From a bacterium (GTDB lineage Bacteria; Bacteroidota; Bacteroidia; Chitinophagales; JADIYW01), in assembly GCA_037189845.1 (NCBI GenBank), contig JBBCIS010000001.1:327654-391653 (forward strand): 64,000 nucleotides of DNA. The letters run 5' to 3'. Shown here in pieces: positions 19,943-29,875 of the stretch (position 1 is the first letter of the stretch; each line of letters starts with the position of its first letter). The notes beneath the pieces are model-generated. The model was not told the DNA's origin, searched no databases, and saw nothing but the letters and a program-made list of their open reading frames with translations. The position numbers were made by a program, and so were the translations under genes.

Positions 19943-20524
19943 GTGTGTAGTATGTTAGCATCCAGTTTCATATCTAAGCTCAATTTATTTGAGCAGCTTC
20001 CTGATGATGTCGTTAAGGATATTTTGGCCCGTCTCAGAAAAGAGAATTTTCATAAAAGGTCATTTCTGTTGAAACCTGGTCAGGTCTGTGAATACTTTTA
20101 TTTTGTAGACAAGGGATTGGCAAGAACGTATTATATTAATGAAGGGAAGGAGTATACGACTGATATCTTTATTGATGGGGAATTTCTGGGAGAATTTTCC
20201 AGCTTTTTTTCAAGAACTCCTTCACATCAATACATCGAAATGCTGGAAGATAGCACGCTGTTTTTTATGCATTATGATGATTTGCAGGCTCTGTACAGCA
20301 AATATCCGATCATGGAGCGTATAGGTCGGCTGATAGCGGAATACCATTACAAATCATTATCTGCCCATACTTATCTTTTGAAATTCAATACAACAGCTGA
20401 GCGTTATGAGCATCTTTTTGAAAGAAAGATAGAAATCATCCGCCGTGCACCATTAGGTGTAATAGCATCTTATCTCGGTATGAGTATCGAGAACCTCAGT
20501 CGTATCCGAAGAAAAGTAGAATAA
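19943..20524 (+). CDS. Crp/Fnr-family transcriptional regulator
   Basis: It has a cNMP-binding-like N-terminal domain (KRSFLLKPGQVCEYFYFVDKGLAR) and a C-terminal HTH (IASYLGMSIENLSRIRRK). The track start is GTG, and an ATG at 19952 is also possible. Confidence 0.85.
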   Translation: MCSMLASSFISKLNLFEQLPDDVVKDILARLRKENFHKRSFLLKPGQVCEYFYFVDKGLARTYYINEGKEYTTDIFIDGEFLGEFSSFFSRTPSHQYIEMLEDSTLFFMHYDDLQALYSKYPIMERIGRLIAEYHYKSLSAHTYLLKFNTTAERYEHLFERKIEIIRRAPLGVIASYLGMSIENLSRIRRKVE

Positions 20525-20821
20525 ATTATTGTATTTCAGTAATATAAAGTATTTTCCGGAACTAATAGTTGATTCTTAAATGGAAGCAATGATGCTGATA
20601 TTCAATTATAATTGAAAGGCTTGGTCTAAAGATTTTTGTACAGATTTTGTTTCGAATCATCTCCTGAATTATAGCTGCAGATATTCCTGAAAGCAGACAT
20701 AATTTAATTAACTGAACAGGAAAGTTGTTCTTTGAATATTTAAAAGGAAATAGAGTTTATTAGTGTCATATCAGGGAATATCGGAATTATTGCTATTTTC
20801 GGCTAATTATTTTTTAGTACT

Positions 20822-22255
20822 ATGAGTCGTGTTTTTTCAATTGTCAGCATTCTGCTTTTATTAACCATGGTTGCCTGCAAAAAGGATAATAAAACCACTG
20901 AAATAGAAGAGGAGATTATTAATGACCAGCTAGGTCTGTTTATTTCAGATGAGTATGGAAGACAGTTGATCCTGCACGGATTGAATACTGCATCCAATGC
21001 AAAAGGCGCGCCTGATAGAATGCCATGGATAGGTGAGCATGATGTGGAAAGAGAAGCTACTCAATTTGGGTTTAATTTTGTGCGATATCTGATTTTCTGG
21101 GATTTTATTGAGCCGGAAAAAGGTGTATTTAATTCCCAATATCTGGATGAAGTACAAAGGAGAGTCGAATGGTACACTTCCAGAGGAATGTATGTGATGC
21201 TGGACATGCATCAGGATATTTATTCTATCGAATTTGGTGGTGACGGGGCTCCTGCATGGGCAATAGAATCCGATGGGGCTTCATGGGAAGTAGATATGGA
21301 AGGCCCATGGTGGCTGAAAAATATTTCTCCGGCTGTCATTAATTCATGGAAGAATTTCTGGGGATATACCAGGCACAAGCACCTGCAGGACCATTATATC
21401 CAGTCATGGAAATTTGTGGCAGAGAGATTTAAAAGTAATCCGAGAGTGATTGGTTACGACCTGATGAACGAACCGTGGGCCGGCGATTTGATAAAAGCAT
21501 TTGTCACGGGTGCATTTGAAAGAAATCAGCTGACGGCATTTTATAACAGGCTCATTCCTGAATTAAGAAAGGTAGAAACCCAAAAATACTTGTTCTTTGA
21601 ACCTGCACCCGCACCGGTAACATTTGGTATGCCGTCCCATCTGCAAAAAATTAACGACGCTATTCCCGGTAATAAATTAGTCTATGCTCCACATTGCTAT
21701 CCGTTGAGCACACATGAAGGCGGCCCGTACAATGCAGCAGATAAGAAGAATGTGAAGGATTGGCTTCGTGAAAGAAAAAAAGAAGTGAAAAAACACGGAG
21801 GTGTGCCGTTGCTGTGCGGCGAATTCGGACTTTCTCCGGGTAGTGAAGGTTATGATATTTATCTGAAAGAAATCAACCAGATTTTTGATGAAAATTTATG
21901 GCATTGGGCATATTGGAGCAATGACAATGGTGGCTGGTCTCCGATTCACCATGATGGTACTGAAACCAATATTCTGCAATATCTTGTAAGAGCTTATCCA
22001 AAAGCTACTGCTGGAAGAATCCGTTCTTTCTCATATAATCCTGATGAGAAAGTATTTATGATGGACTTTGTCAGTAATCCTTCACTTGGTCAGCCGACTG
22101 AGATTTTTGTTCCGAAAAGACACTTTGTGAACGGATTTGATATTCAGATAGAGACATCAGCACCTAATACATACGAATACGATGAAACCAGGCAAGTGAT
22201 TTCATTGAAAGTAGATAAAAAAGCAGAAGTGAAAGTTACAATATCTGCGAAATAA
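20822..22255 (+). CDS. glycoside hydrolase family 5 lipoprotein (cellulase/endoglycoceramidase-like)
   Basis: Lipoprotein signal LLLLTMVACKKD, then FNFVRYLIFW, GYDLMNEPW (acid/base Glu) and LLCGEFG (nucleophile Glu). Confidence 0.85.
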   Translation: MSRVFSIVSILLLLTMVACKKDNKTTEIEEEIINDQLGLFISDEYGRQLILHGLNTASNAKGAPDRMPWIGEHDVEREATQFGFNFVRYLIFWDFIEPEKGVFNSQYLDEVQRRVEWYTSRGMYVMLDMHQDIYSIEFGGDGAPAWAIESDGASWEVDMEGPWWLKNISPAVINSWKNFWGYTRHKHLQDHYIQSWKFVAERFKSNPRVIGYDLMNEPWAGDLIKAFVTGAFERNQLTAFYNRLIPELRKVETQKYLFFEPAPAPVTFGMPSHLQKINDAIPGNKLVYAPHCYPLSTHEGGPYNAADKKNVKDWLRERKKEVKKHGGVPLLCGEFGLSPGSEGYDIYLKEINQIFDENLWHWAYWSNDNGGWSPIHHDGTETNILQYLVRAYPKATAGRIRSFSYNPDEKVFMMDFVSNPSLGQPTEIFVPKRHFVNGFDIQIETSAPNTYEYDETRQVISLKVDKKAEVKVTISAK

Positions 22256-22751
22256 TATCTGAAGGATCCGTTTTAATATTCTTGCGTTCCTCTTTCAGCT
22301 TTTCAGTATTGGAACGCATTGATTTGATAGCAGAAGCAACATTATTCATGATTTTCAGGATAAGTTGCTTCTCTTCTTTTGTAAGGCTGTTAGTGATCTC
22401 TTTCTCGACTTCCAGTACCGTCTGAATAGCTACAGTACGAAGTTCCAGCCCTAACTGAGTCAGATATACAAGCACTTTTCTCTGATCAGCAGTATCATTC
22501 TCTCTGTAAATAGCGCCTTTATCTTCCAGTGAATTCAATAATCTGGACAAGCTGTTGGGTTCCATCCCTATTCTGGGAGCAATTTTAGTAACAGGAGTAC
22601 CTGTATCATCTATTGCCAGCAGCACAAATGCCATTGCCATTGTGCTTTCATATTCTTTCGCTAAATCGTTAAATAATTTTGATACTGATAACCAATTTGC
22701 TCTTAAGTGATATAGTAAAATCCGGGGTGCCAGCTGTTCAAATAATTCCAT
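22236..22751 (-). CDS. MarR-family transcriptional regulator
   Basis: 171 aa with a winged HTH (TKIAPRIGMEPNSLSRLLNSLEDKGAIYRENDTADQRKVLVYLT). It is divergent from the SDR gene and overlaps the GH5 3' end by 20 nt. Confidence 0.85.
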   Translation of the reverse strand: MELFEQLAPRILLYHLRANWLSVSKLFNDLAKEYESTMAMAFVLLAIDDTGTPVTKIAPRIGMEPNSLSRLLNSLEDKGAIYRENDTADQRKVLVYLTQLGLELRTVAIQTVLEVEKEITNSLTKEEKQLILKIMNNVASAIKSMRSNTEKLKEERKNIKTDPSDIISQIL

Positions 22752-22929
22752 AAGGCAAAGAAAGAAGAAAAATGAAGATTAATTCACATTGCATGATATT
22801 TTTATTGTAATAAATCGAAAAAATTGTTTTTAATTGACGACTGACGATAATTTATAATGAGTTAATAAGGAAAATGAGCAATTCATTGAGAGGAATGATA
22901 TATTTGGATGCTAAAAATAAAATAGAGTC

Positions 22930-24279
22930 ATGAGCGATTATTTACAAAACCCATATCTCAAGCAGGTTTTATCTACATTAAATATTCCTGTTCCAAGTCC
23001 TGAAATCCTTACAAGAAACCAGGCACCTATCAGTTACGATGAATTGAAAGATAAAGTGACTGTAATAGGTACAATAGATGAAAAGGGTGAGTGGTACAAA
23101 GCATTGAATGAAACTTTGGTTTCAAAAGTGAGACTGGAGTATTATTCAGAATCTTTGAATGTTTTGATTTTAGATGCTACAGGAGCCGAAAGCATTGATG
23201 ATCTAGAGAAAATCTATTCTTTTGCTAATGCTAATATCAAAAAGGTAAAAAGAAACGGAAGGATCCTGGTATTATCTACCGCTTCTAAATCTGCATCTGC
23301 CGAAGCAGCTGTAGCTTCCAAAGGTTTGGTAGGTTTCGTAAAATCACTGGCAAAAGAAGCAGGAGGTAAAGGAATCATTGTAAACGGATTGAGATTGCCT
23401 GCGATATCTGAATTGACTGAAAATAGCGCGGTAGAGCAAATCTGGCCATTGATTCACTTCTTTATTTCTGACAGAGGTGTATTTATTACAGGACAGACAT
23501 TGGATGCAAGTTCCGGTATCAAAGCTGTGGATTATACATTGACCGGCAATCTGACCGGTAAATGGGCATTGGTAACAGGTGCGGCCCGCGGTATCGGTGC
23601 TGACACTGCAAGAGCTATTGCTCAGGAAGGTGCTAAAGTGATCGTATTAGACGTAGCTCAGGCAGCGGATGCATTGAAAGAAGTAGCAGCAGAAATTGGT
23701 GGTATTGCATTACCTGTAGATATCACATCTCCTGATGCAGAGGCTGAAGTGAGAGTTATTCTGGACGAGCATAATGCTCAGTTGGATATTCTGGTAAACA
23801 ATGCCGGTATTATCCGTGATAAGACTTTAGCGAAAATGACTCCTGCTCAATGGAATGCAGTATTGAATGTGAACCTGAAATCTGTTATCCGTTTTACAGA
23901 TGCGCTGTTGGAAAAAGGTTTGGCTGACAATGCATCTATCATTGGTTTATCATCTATCGCAGGTATTGCGGGCAACATGGGACAAACCAACTATGCTACA
24001 TCTAAAGCCGGTTTGATAGTATATGCTCAGCAAGTTGCAGAGAAATATGCGGACAGAGGAATTACTTCTAATTGTCTGGCTCCGGGATATATAGAAACTC
24101 CGATGACCGCTGATCTTCCATTCTTTGTGAAAGAAGGAGGACGAAGATTGAGCGCATTGAAACAAGGCGGTTTGCCTATCGATATTGCTCAGGCTGCTAC
24201 ATTCTTTGCAGGACCTGGTGGCAAATTTGTTACTGGCCAGGTGTTGAGAGTATGTGGAGGTAGCTTCCTCGGAGCATAA
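22930..24279 (+). CDS. two-domain short-chain dehydrogenase, 3-oxoacyl-ACP reductase-like (FabG4-type)
   Basis: 449 aa. The C-terminal half has TGAARGIG, NNAG and YxxxK (YATSKAG). The N-terminal half is a degenerate Rossmann-like domain. Confidence 0.8.
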   Translation: MSDYLQNPYLKQVLSTLNIPVPSPEILTRNQAPISYDELKDKVTVIGTIDEKGEWYKALNETLVSKVRLEYYSESLNVLILDATGAESIDDLEKIYSFANANIKKVKRNGRILVLSTASKSASAEAAVASKGLVGFVKSLAKEAGGKGIIVNGLRLPAISELTENSAVEQIWPLIHFFISDRGVFITGQTLDASSGIKAVDYTLTGNLTGKWALVTGAARGIGADTARAIAQEGAKVIVLDVAQAADALKEVAAEIGGIALPVDITSPDAEAEVRVILDEHNAQLDILVNNAGIIRDKTLAKMTPAQWNAVLNVNLKSVIRFTDALLEKGLADNASIIGLSSIAGIAGNMGQTNYATSKAGLIVYAQQVAEKYADRGITSNCLAPGYIETPMTADLPFFVKEGGRRLSALKQGGLPIDIAQAATFFAGPGGKFVTGQVLRVCGGSFLGA

Positions 24280-24307
24280 TCTTTTGAAAAAGAATATACA
24301 TTGAAAA

Positions 24308-24336
24308 GAGGTGCAGGAATTCTGTACCTCTTTTTT
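24308..24336 (+). terminator. rho-independent terminator
   Basis: gaggtgca-ggaattc-tgtacctc followed by tttttt, about 30 nt after the SDR stop. Confidence 0.7.
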
Positions 24337-24555
24337 ATTTCCCCTATATGATTTTCCTGACAATCTGATTATCGGGTGAGTATATATCATAACACATGAT
24401 AAATTTCTCCTGACAGAGTTACTGTTTATGTAAAAAATCTGTCTTGTTAATAGTATTTTAACCTTATGTATCTCAAAAACACACCTTAATTTGAATAAAG
24501 TTTAAATAATTCATTACGGAATGTTAATTTTGGATTCAGAATAAGTGAATCATAT

Positions 24556-25695
24556 ATGTCATTAAAAGCTATCTCATTAAGTGTATTGTCAGCATGCTTC
24601 GTGTCTGCAATATCAGCTCAGGAAGCAGCTGTAACAAATGTAACTGAAGAAGAAGTTATGGTGGAGGAGGTTGCAGATACTGCAACTTTGGCAATCTCTG
24701 ATAACGCATTAGGTAAAGTAAGACCGGAAGGCAAAGGTTGGTACCTGGAAGTTGCCGCTGGTTGGGGTATGCCTTTTTTACCTACTAACAGGAGGTCTCC
24801 TTTGGCTGAAATCGGTGATAAAGATTGGTATCAAAGAGGACAGCGAGAGCTTAGTGTGAAACCTTTATTCGGTACAAATGGTGGTGGATGGGCTGCCAAT
24901 ATCACTATCGGACACATGTTCAATAAAAACATCGGTATTGACGGTACTATTACGATTGCTCAACATCCTGAACAATTAGATGCAAGAATTGATATCGTAG
25001 GGTATACTGCTTCTCAGAAAACTTCTACAAATGCTGCTTATTTTGCCCCGCATCTTGTGATGAGATCCAGCAAAGGCAAATTCGGTGTAACCGGTAAAGC
25101 GGGTTTATTTATTCCGTTTTATGGTAAAACAGTTTCTAATGCAGATATCAGAGATAAATCCGGCAGAATGATGCAAACCTTGATGGGTTTACCTATCCAA
25201 CCTTTGGGTGGAGGCTTATTAGATTTGACATTCCAGGCAAAAACAGTGACTTCTTACAATCCTACAGTTGGGGTGAGTACATCTATTGCTTTGGATTACT
25301 TACTGAATGACAGAGTGAGAATATTTGCTCAGGCAAGAGTGGGAGCTTATACCATCTCTTTGAAAGAAACCAAGTTTGAAGACCTGTATATGAATACTAA
25401 ATTGTTGGGTATAGAAATTCAGGAGCTTGGTCAATTAAAAACCCAGATCAGATCAATAGATGAAGCACCGGAATATTTCAGAAAAATCATCTACAGAAAA
25501 GAAATTACTACAGAATCCAATACTGCACGTTACGGAGGTAAAATAGACTTAAATAAACCAATGGAAGAAGTTGGTCAAAAATATAATGCCTCTTCTTTAT
25601 ATTTCAATATTGGCGTGACATATACTTTTGACAGATTTGCAAAACGCAGCGCGAAAAAAGACAAAAAGAATAACGTTGCTCCGGCGAAAAAATAA
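24556..25695 (+). CDS. secreted/outer-membrane hypothetical protein
   Basis: 379 aa with signal peptide ...VSAISAQE and a beta-rich composition with a basic C-terminal tail. No family recognised. Confidence 0.65.
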   Translation: MSLKAISLSVLSACFVSAISAQEAAVTNVTEEEVMVEEVADTATLAISDNALGKVRPEGKGWYLEVAAGWGMPFLPTNRRSPLAEIGDKDWYQRGQRELSVKPLFGTNGGGWAANITIGHMFNKNIGIDGTITIAQHPEQLDARIDIVGYTASQKTSTNAAYFAPHLVMRSSKGKFGVTGKAGLFIPFYGKTVSNADIRDKSGRMMQTLMGLPIQPLGGGLLDLTFQAKTVTSYNPTVGVSTSIALDYLLNDRVRIFAQARVGAYTISLKETKFEDLYMNTKLLGIEIQELGQLKTQIRSIDEAPEYFRKIIYRKEITTESNTARYGGKIDLNKPMEEVGQKYNASSLYFNIGVTYTFDRFAKRSAKKDKKNNVAPAKK

Positions 25696-25710
25696 ATTTA
25701 TTTGTGATGA

Positions 25711-25749
25711 AAAGCAACGGGCTGTCAATTTTGACAGCCCGTTGCTTTT
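25711..25749. terminator. bidirectional terminator hairpin between convergent genes
   Basis: aaagcaacgggctgtcaa-tt-ttgacagcccgttgcttt is a near-perfect long inverted repeat flanked by A and T runs. Confidence 0.8.
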
Positions 25750-25760
25750 ATAAGAATGTT

Positions 25761-26498
25761 TTACTCCTGGAAAAGTATTGACAGTAATTCCTCTTTTCTT
25801 TGTGGCGAAACCTCTATTTCCGCACCATCAGACATTTCTATCATACCTCCGTTGCCCCGTTTATATTTGGTGACATAGCTGAGATTAATGATAGCAGATC
25901 TGTTGACCCGGATAAAATATGGTTCGTTTAGAATTTGTTCATATTCCTTCAAAGTTCTGGAGATGACAATTTTTTTATTTTCTACCAGGTGAAAAGTACA
26001 GTAATTGCTCATAGCCTCTAGCCGGATGATATTGGTTTTTTCTACGAGATGGATGCCGTCAGAAGTCGGCAAAGGAAGTTTTTTATGTGTCCAGGTAGAT
26101 GCTCCTATAGGTTTAGGTATGACATTATTTTTCTTTCTCAATAATCTTTCCTTGAGTCGGTGCATGGCAGAAGTCAGATCTTCTTCTGTTACTGGTTTGA
26201 GCAGATAATCTACTGCGCTCAATCTTAATGCTTCTAATGTATAGGTATCATACGCAGTGGTGAAAATGACTTCAAAATCAAAATCCTGCAGCTTTTCCAG
26301 AAATTGAAATCCATTCATTCCGGGCATTTCTATATCCAGAAACAATACATCAATTTTATGATTTCGGATCTGTTCAACAGCAATTTTAGGATCATTGAAA
26401 ATAACCTGCAAATCTACTTCACTGTCATGCTCTAATAATTTCTGACTGAGGAGTTTACTGCCGCGGGGCTCATCATCTAAAATTGCAGCTCTGATCAT
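25761..26498 (-). CDS. LytTR-family two-component response regulator
   Basis: Receiver domain (AAILDDEP..., DVLFLDIEMPG, KP) plus a C-terminal LytTR DNA-binding domain (FIRVNRSAIINL). Confidence 0.9.
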   Translation of the reverse strand: MIRAAILDDEPRGSKLLSQKLLEHDSEVDLQVIFNDPKIAVEQIRNHKIDVLFLDIEMPGMNGFQFLEKLQDFDFEVIFTTAYDTYTLEALRLSAVDYLLKPVTEEDLTSAMHRLKERLLRKKNNVIPKPIGASTWTHKKLPLPTSDGIHLVEKTNIIRLEAMSNYCTFHLVENKKIVISRTLKEYEQILNEPYFIRVNRSAIINLSYVTKYKRGNGGMIEMSDGAEIEVSPQRKEELLSILFQE

Positions 26499-26565
26499 AT
26501 CAATTTACGATTACCTGATAAAGTACGATTTTTTTGATTTCAATGATTGGTGTTTTCAGTAGAAT

Positions 26566-27154
26566 TTATTCTGCCAGATTCTTTGATCCACTTGTTTGTA
26601 TAGTATAGGTAAGGTTGTATCTTCCTGATTCATAGTTGTCAATTTTCAGCTTGAGATACTTTTTGTTGTTGGTAAGGATGATATATGTCTGTTCTTTCGG
26701 AGTGGTCTGCAGTGTCGATAAGTCATAATTATACCAGTTACTAAAAGAAGATTTTCTTCCGGTGTCATCATCCTTTTCTCCTTCTCCGTCTTTTAAGTAA
26801 CCACTTGCAGGAGCAGTTGTCACTTCGTCATATAATTTGTTCAGCGCCTGGGCAGTCACATTCCCGCCTCCACTGGTTCCGCTATTGATAAATATTTCAG
26901 AACGTTTGAAAGCAATATCCCAGTTGTTATCATTAATCATAGTGCCTGCTATTTCTGAGCCATTTTCCAGACTATAATATCGTTGTACAGGAGCGGCTAA
27001 GTTGCCTGTACCATTTACATAAATGGAGTTTTCAATAATTTTATCAGGTAGTGAAATTTCTTCTTTAGGAGTTTCTTCATCTTTGCTACAAGCTGCAAAA
27101 TGTGATTAATGAACAACAAAACAAGATACCGAGAAATAATGTATTCGCTTTCAT
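26566..27154 (-). pseudogene. HmuY-like lipoprotein gene, frameshifted inside the signal peptide
   Basis: The ATG at 27154 gives MKANTLFLGILFCCSLITF and then a stop. The adjacent frame continues AACSKDEETPKEEISLPDKIIENSIYVNGTGNLAAPVQRYYSLENGSEIAGTMINDNNWDIAF... (the tracked ORF 26566..26940). One base fewer in the A4/T4 run at 27097..27100 would restore LITFAAC|S, a perfect lipobox. The HmuY-like call is from memory of the NWDIAF-type pattern. Confidence 0.6.
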
Positions 27155-27355
27155 AATTTTTTATTTCAATGTAATCTGTTTCTAAAAATGTATTTAGAGA
27201 AATGAGTGAATCGGGTACTTTTGTGAGTGGATAGCAAGGTTGGGAGAGTGAAGATTTTTGCAGCAATTTTATTCAGATAATAGTTGATATATTATGATTT
27301 TTTCTATTAATATTACCTTATCTTGATGCTGAAAAATTAAGATTTCAGAGGGCTT

Positions 27356-29386
27356 ATGGGCATTTTTACTCGTTTTATTATCGTTGTCATTTCATGTACA
27401 TTATTTCTGTCAACAATTCATGCACAGGACCAAAATCAAAAATATCTGGATTCCTCGCTGGCAGCTTTGGGGGAAATCAAGATCGATACCGTCAAAGTAA
27501 AAGCATATCACAATATTGCTTTTGAGTATTTGACAAAGGATATTGCAAAAGCCGAAAAATATGTAGAGCTCGGTTATCAGCTGGCTAAAAAAATCAAGTG
27601 GAAAAAAGGAGAGTCCGATTTGATGAAGCTGAAAGGAAATATTCTGAATACAAAAGGGGCTTCGGAGGAGGCGATAGAAATATACGAAAAGGCTTTACTC
27701 TTATTGAATCCTGAAGAGGAACGTCTTAAAGTGGTCAAAATTTATAACGATATCGCTGTTGCCCGAGAGTCATTGTCTGATTATGTAAATGCCAGCGCTA
27801 CTTATTTCAAAGTATTGAAAATGGCGGAAGAGTTGAAAGATACTTATACAGTTGCTATTACGACATCGAATATCGGCAGTATCTTTTTCAAGCAGAATGA
27901 TTATGAAAAAGCGTTGAATTATGATTTTAAAGCCTTAAAGCTGTTTGAAAAGCTGAATGACCAAAACCACATTTCCAGATTGAAAACCAATATCGGCAAT
28001 GTCTACCTGGGTCAAGGCGATATCAAAAAGGCAGAGCAGTATTATCTGGACGCTATAAAAGGTTATCAGTTGATAGATAACTATCTGGGAATTGCTACTT
28101 TATATTCGAAAATAGCAGTGCTGTATCAGCCTGATTATGATATAATAATTGATTACCAGTTAAAATCCCAGGCAATCTGGGACAGCTTAAACCCCAAAGA
28201 TTATTACTCTGTGATAAATCTCAGCAATCTGAGCGTTTCTTATTTATTGAAAAAAAGACATTATGATGAACAAGGCTTACCATTGAGCAATGCTATGAAA
28301 AAAATATTACTGGATTCTTCGGAGTATTTTTTATTAAAAGCAAAAGCTATCAATGACGAGCGCAGGAATGTAGAAAATGAGACAACGATATTGAATGTCT
28401 TATCAGAGCTGTATGAAGAGAAAGGCGACTATCAGAAGGCACTTCATTATTTGAAATCCTTCACGAACCTGAATGATTCCTTGTATTCCCAGAGTGTAAA
28501 AAATCAGATAGCCGGACTGGAAAAAGAACGTGCAGTAGAATTGAAAGACAAGGAAATTTTAGTAAAAGAACTAAAACTAAAGCAGTTGTGGATATATGGA
28601 TTTGTGACTGTAGTACTGCTTTTATTGGTGATAGGGTTTTTAATATATCGTTCCCGAATCAGGAGTCTGAATGTGAAGAATGAAATTCAGAAGAAAGATT
28701 TTCTGCGTCAACAGGAAGCCTTGCAATTGGAGCAAAAAATCAGCGAATCAGAATTAAAGGTGATTCGCACCCAGATGAATCCTCATTTTATTTTCAATGT
28801 ACTGAATTCAATAGAGTCTTATATCCTGGACAAGGAACCTCGCGCTGCCAGTAAGCTCATTCAGAAATTTGCAGTATTGAGCAGGCTGATACTGGAAAAT
28901 TCTACTCAGAGCCTTGTCATAGCTGAAAAGGACTGGAAAGCTTTGCAGCTATATGTGGAGTTGGAATCTATCCGTTTTGACCATGCATTTTCATATAGTT
29001 TTCAGGTCGTTCCGCCTTTGAATCTGTCTGAAATATTATTGCCGCCGATGTTGGTACAACCATTGGTGGAAAATGCCATTCATCATGGTCTGCGCATGAG
29101 CAGCGAAAAAGGAAATTTGTTGATCCGCATAGAAGCTGTTTCCGGCGAAGTGATCATTACAGTAGAAGACAATGGGGTAGGACTTCATGCTTCTAAAAAT
29201 GAACAAACATCTTTGGCTTATAAAGAAAAATCGTTTGGGATTTTGGGAATTCAGAACCGTCTGTCTCTCTTCAATCAAATGAACACGAAGCAGTCCTCAT
29301 TGATATTGGAAGAGATAAAAGATAACATCGGAGGAACAAGAGCTATTTTGCGGCTTCCATTGACACTTTTGAGCAAAAAAGAGTAG
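27356..29386 (+). CDS. sensor histidine kinase, LytS/YehU type (His_kinase + HATPase) with N-terminal TPR repeats
   Basis: Signal/TM segment, multiple TPR-like YxxAlxYyxkAL repeats, a TM at WIYGFVTVVLLLLVIGFLIY, then RTQMNPHFIFNVLNSIES (PF06580-type) and a GxG ATPase region. Confidence 0.9.
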   Translation: MGIFTRFIIVVISCTLFLSTIHAQDQNQKYLDSSLAALGEIKIDTVKVKAYHNIAFEYLTKDIAKAEKYVELGYQLAKKIKWKKGESDLMKLKGNILNTKGASEEAIEIYEKALLLLNPEEERLKVVKIYNDIAVARESLSDYVNASATYFKVLKMAEELKDTYTVAITTSNIGSIFFKQNDYEKALNYDFKALKLFEKLNDQNHISRLKTNIGNVYLGQGDIKKAEQYYLDAIKGYQLIDNYLGIATLYSKIAVLYQPDYDIIIDYQLKSQAIWDSLNPKDYYSVINLSNLSVSYLLKKRHYDEQGLPLSNAMKKILLDSSEYFLLKAKAINDERRNVENETTILNVLSELYEEKGDYQKALHYLKSFTNLNDSLYSQSVKNQIAGLEKERAVELKDKEILVKELKLKQLWIYGFVTVVLLLLVIGFLIYRSRIRSLNVKNEIQKKDFLRQQEALQLEQKISESELKVIRTQMNPHFIFNVLNSIESYILDKEPRAASKLIQKFAVLSRLILENSTQSLVIAEKDWKALQLYVELESIRFDHAFSYSFQVVPPLNLSEILLPPMLVQPLVENAIHHGLRMSSEKGNLLIRIEAVSGEVIITVEDNGVGLHASKNEQTSLAYKEKSFGILGIQNRLSLFNQMNTKQSSLILEEIKDNIGGTRAILRLPLTLLSKKE

Positions 29387-29875
29387 AATTATAGTTAAAC
29401 AATGATGAATGAAGCGAACACTCTGATTGCCACAAGCAAAATATCCGTGCGATTCTGCACCATAGGTTTTGCAGACGGGTACTATCTTTGTGAAAAAAGC
29501 CGGATTTCTTCAACTGTTTGACGACGATTAGGAGGAGTTTTGAAGAAATGGCTTTTAAACAAATAGATGGTCGTCGAAAAACCCGGTGCGATTCTTTTGG
29601 TCCTTTTCTTTTAAAGAAACAGGACAGAAGACTATTAATTTGCTTATTGGGCAATGATCTATTTGAAGAAACGATGTTTTCAACGTTAGTAAGCTTCTGA
29701 CAACTCATATTAACTCATTTATATCGTCGATTTCTATTTTGAAAAAAATTAAATAATTGCTGTTGTTTTAGTTGGAAATTATAAATAAGTCCAATGTAAT
29801 TGCTTCGCTCATTACAGGAGCATGCAGCCGCATCATCAACCCGTAAGTCGCTCGGTTGGTAGTAATTTTAGTCCT

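Noticed and set aside
27015-27266. 83-aa minus-strand ORF overlapping the 5' region of the HmuY-like gene.
   Set aside because: It is the third reading frame across the frameshifted lipoprotein gene and its promoter. It has no signal or motif. The two-frame lipoprotein reconstruction explains the region better.
29387-29875. A ~490-bp gap with small ORFs on both strands: 29343..29708 minus (121 aa), 29518..29700 plus (60 aa), and a 39-codon ORF starting MMNEANTLIATSK.
   Set aside because: No recognisable motifs, odd composition and mutually overlapping frames. They may be a degraded gene remnant, but I cannot support any call.
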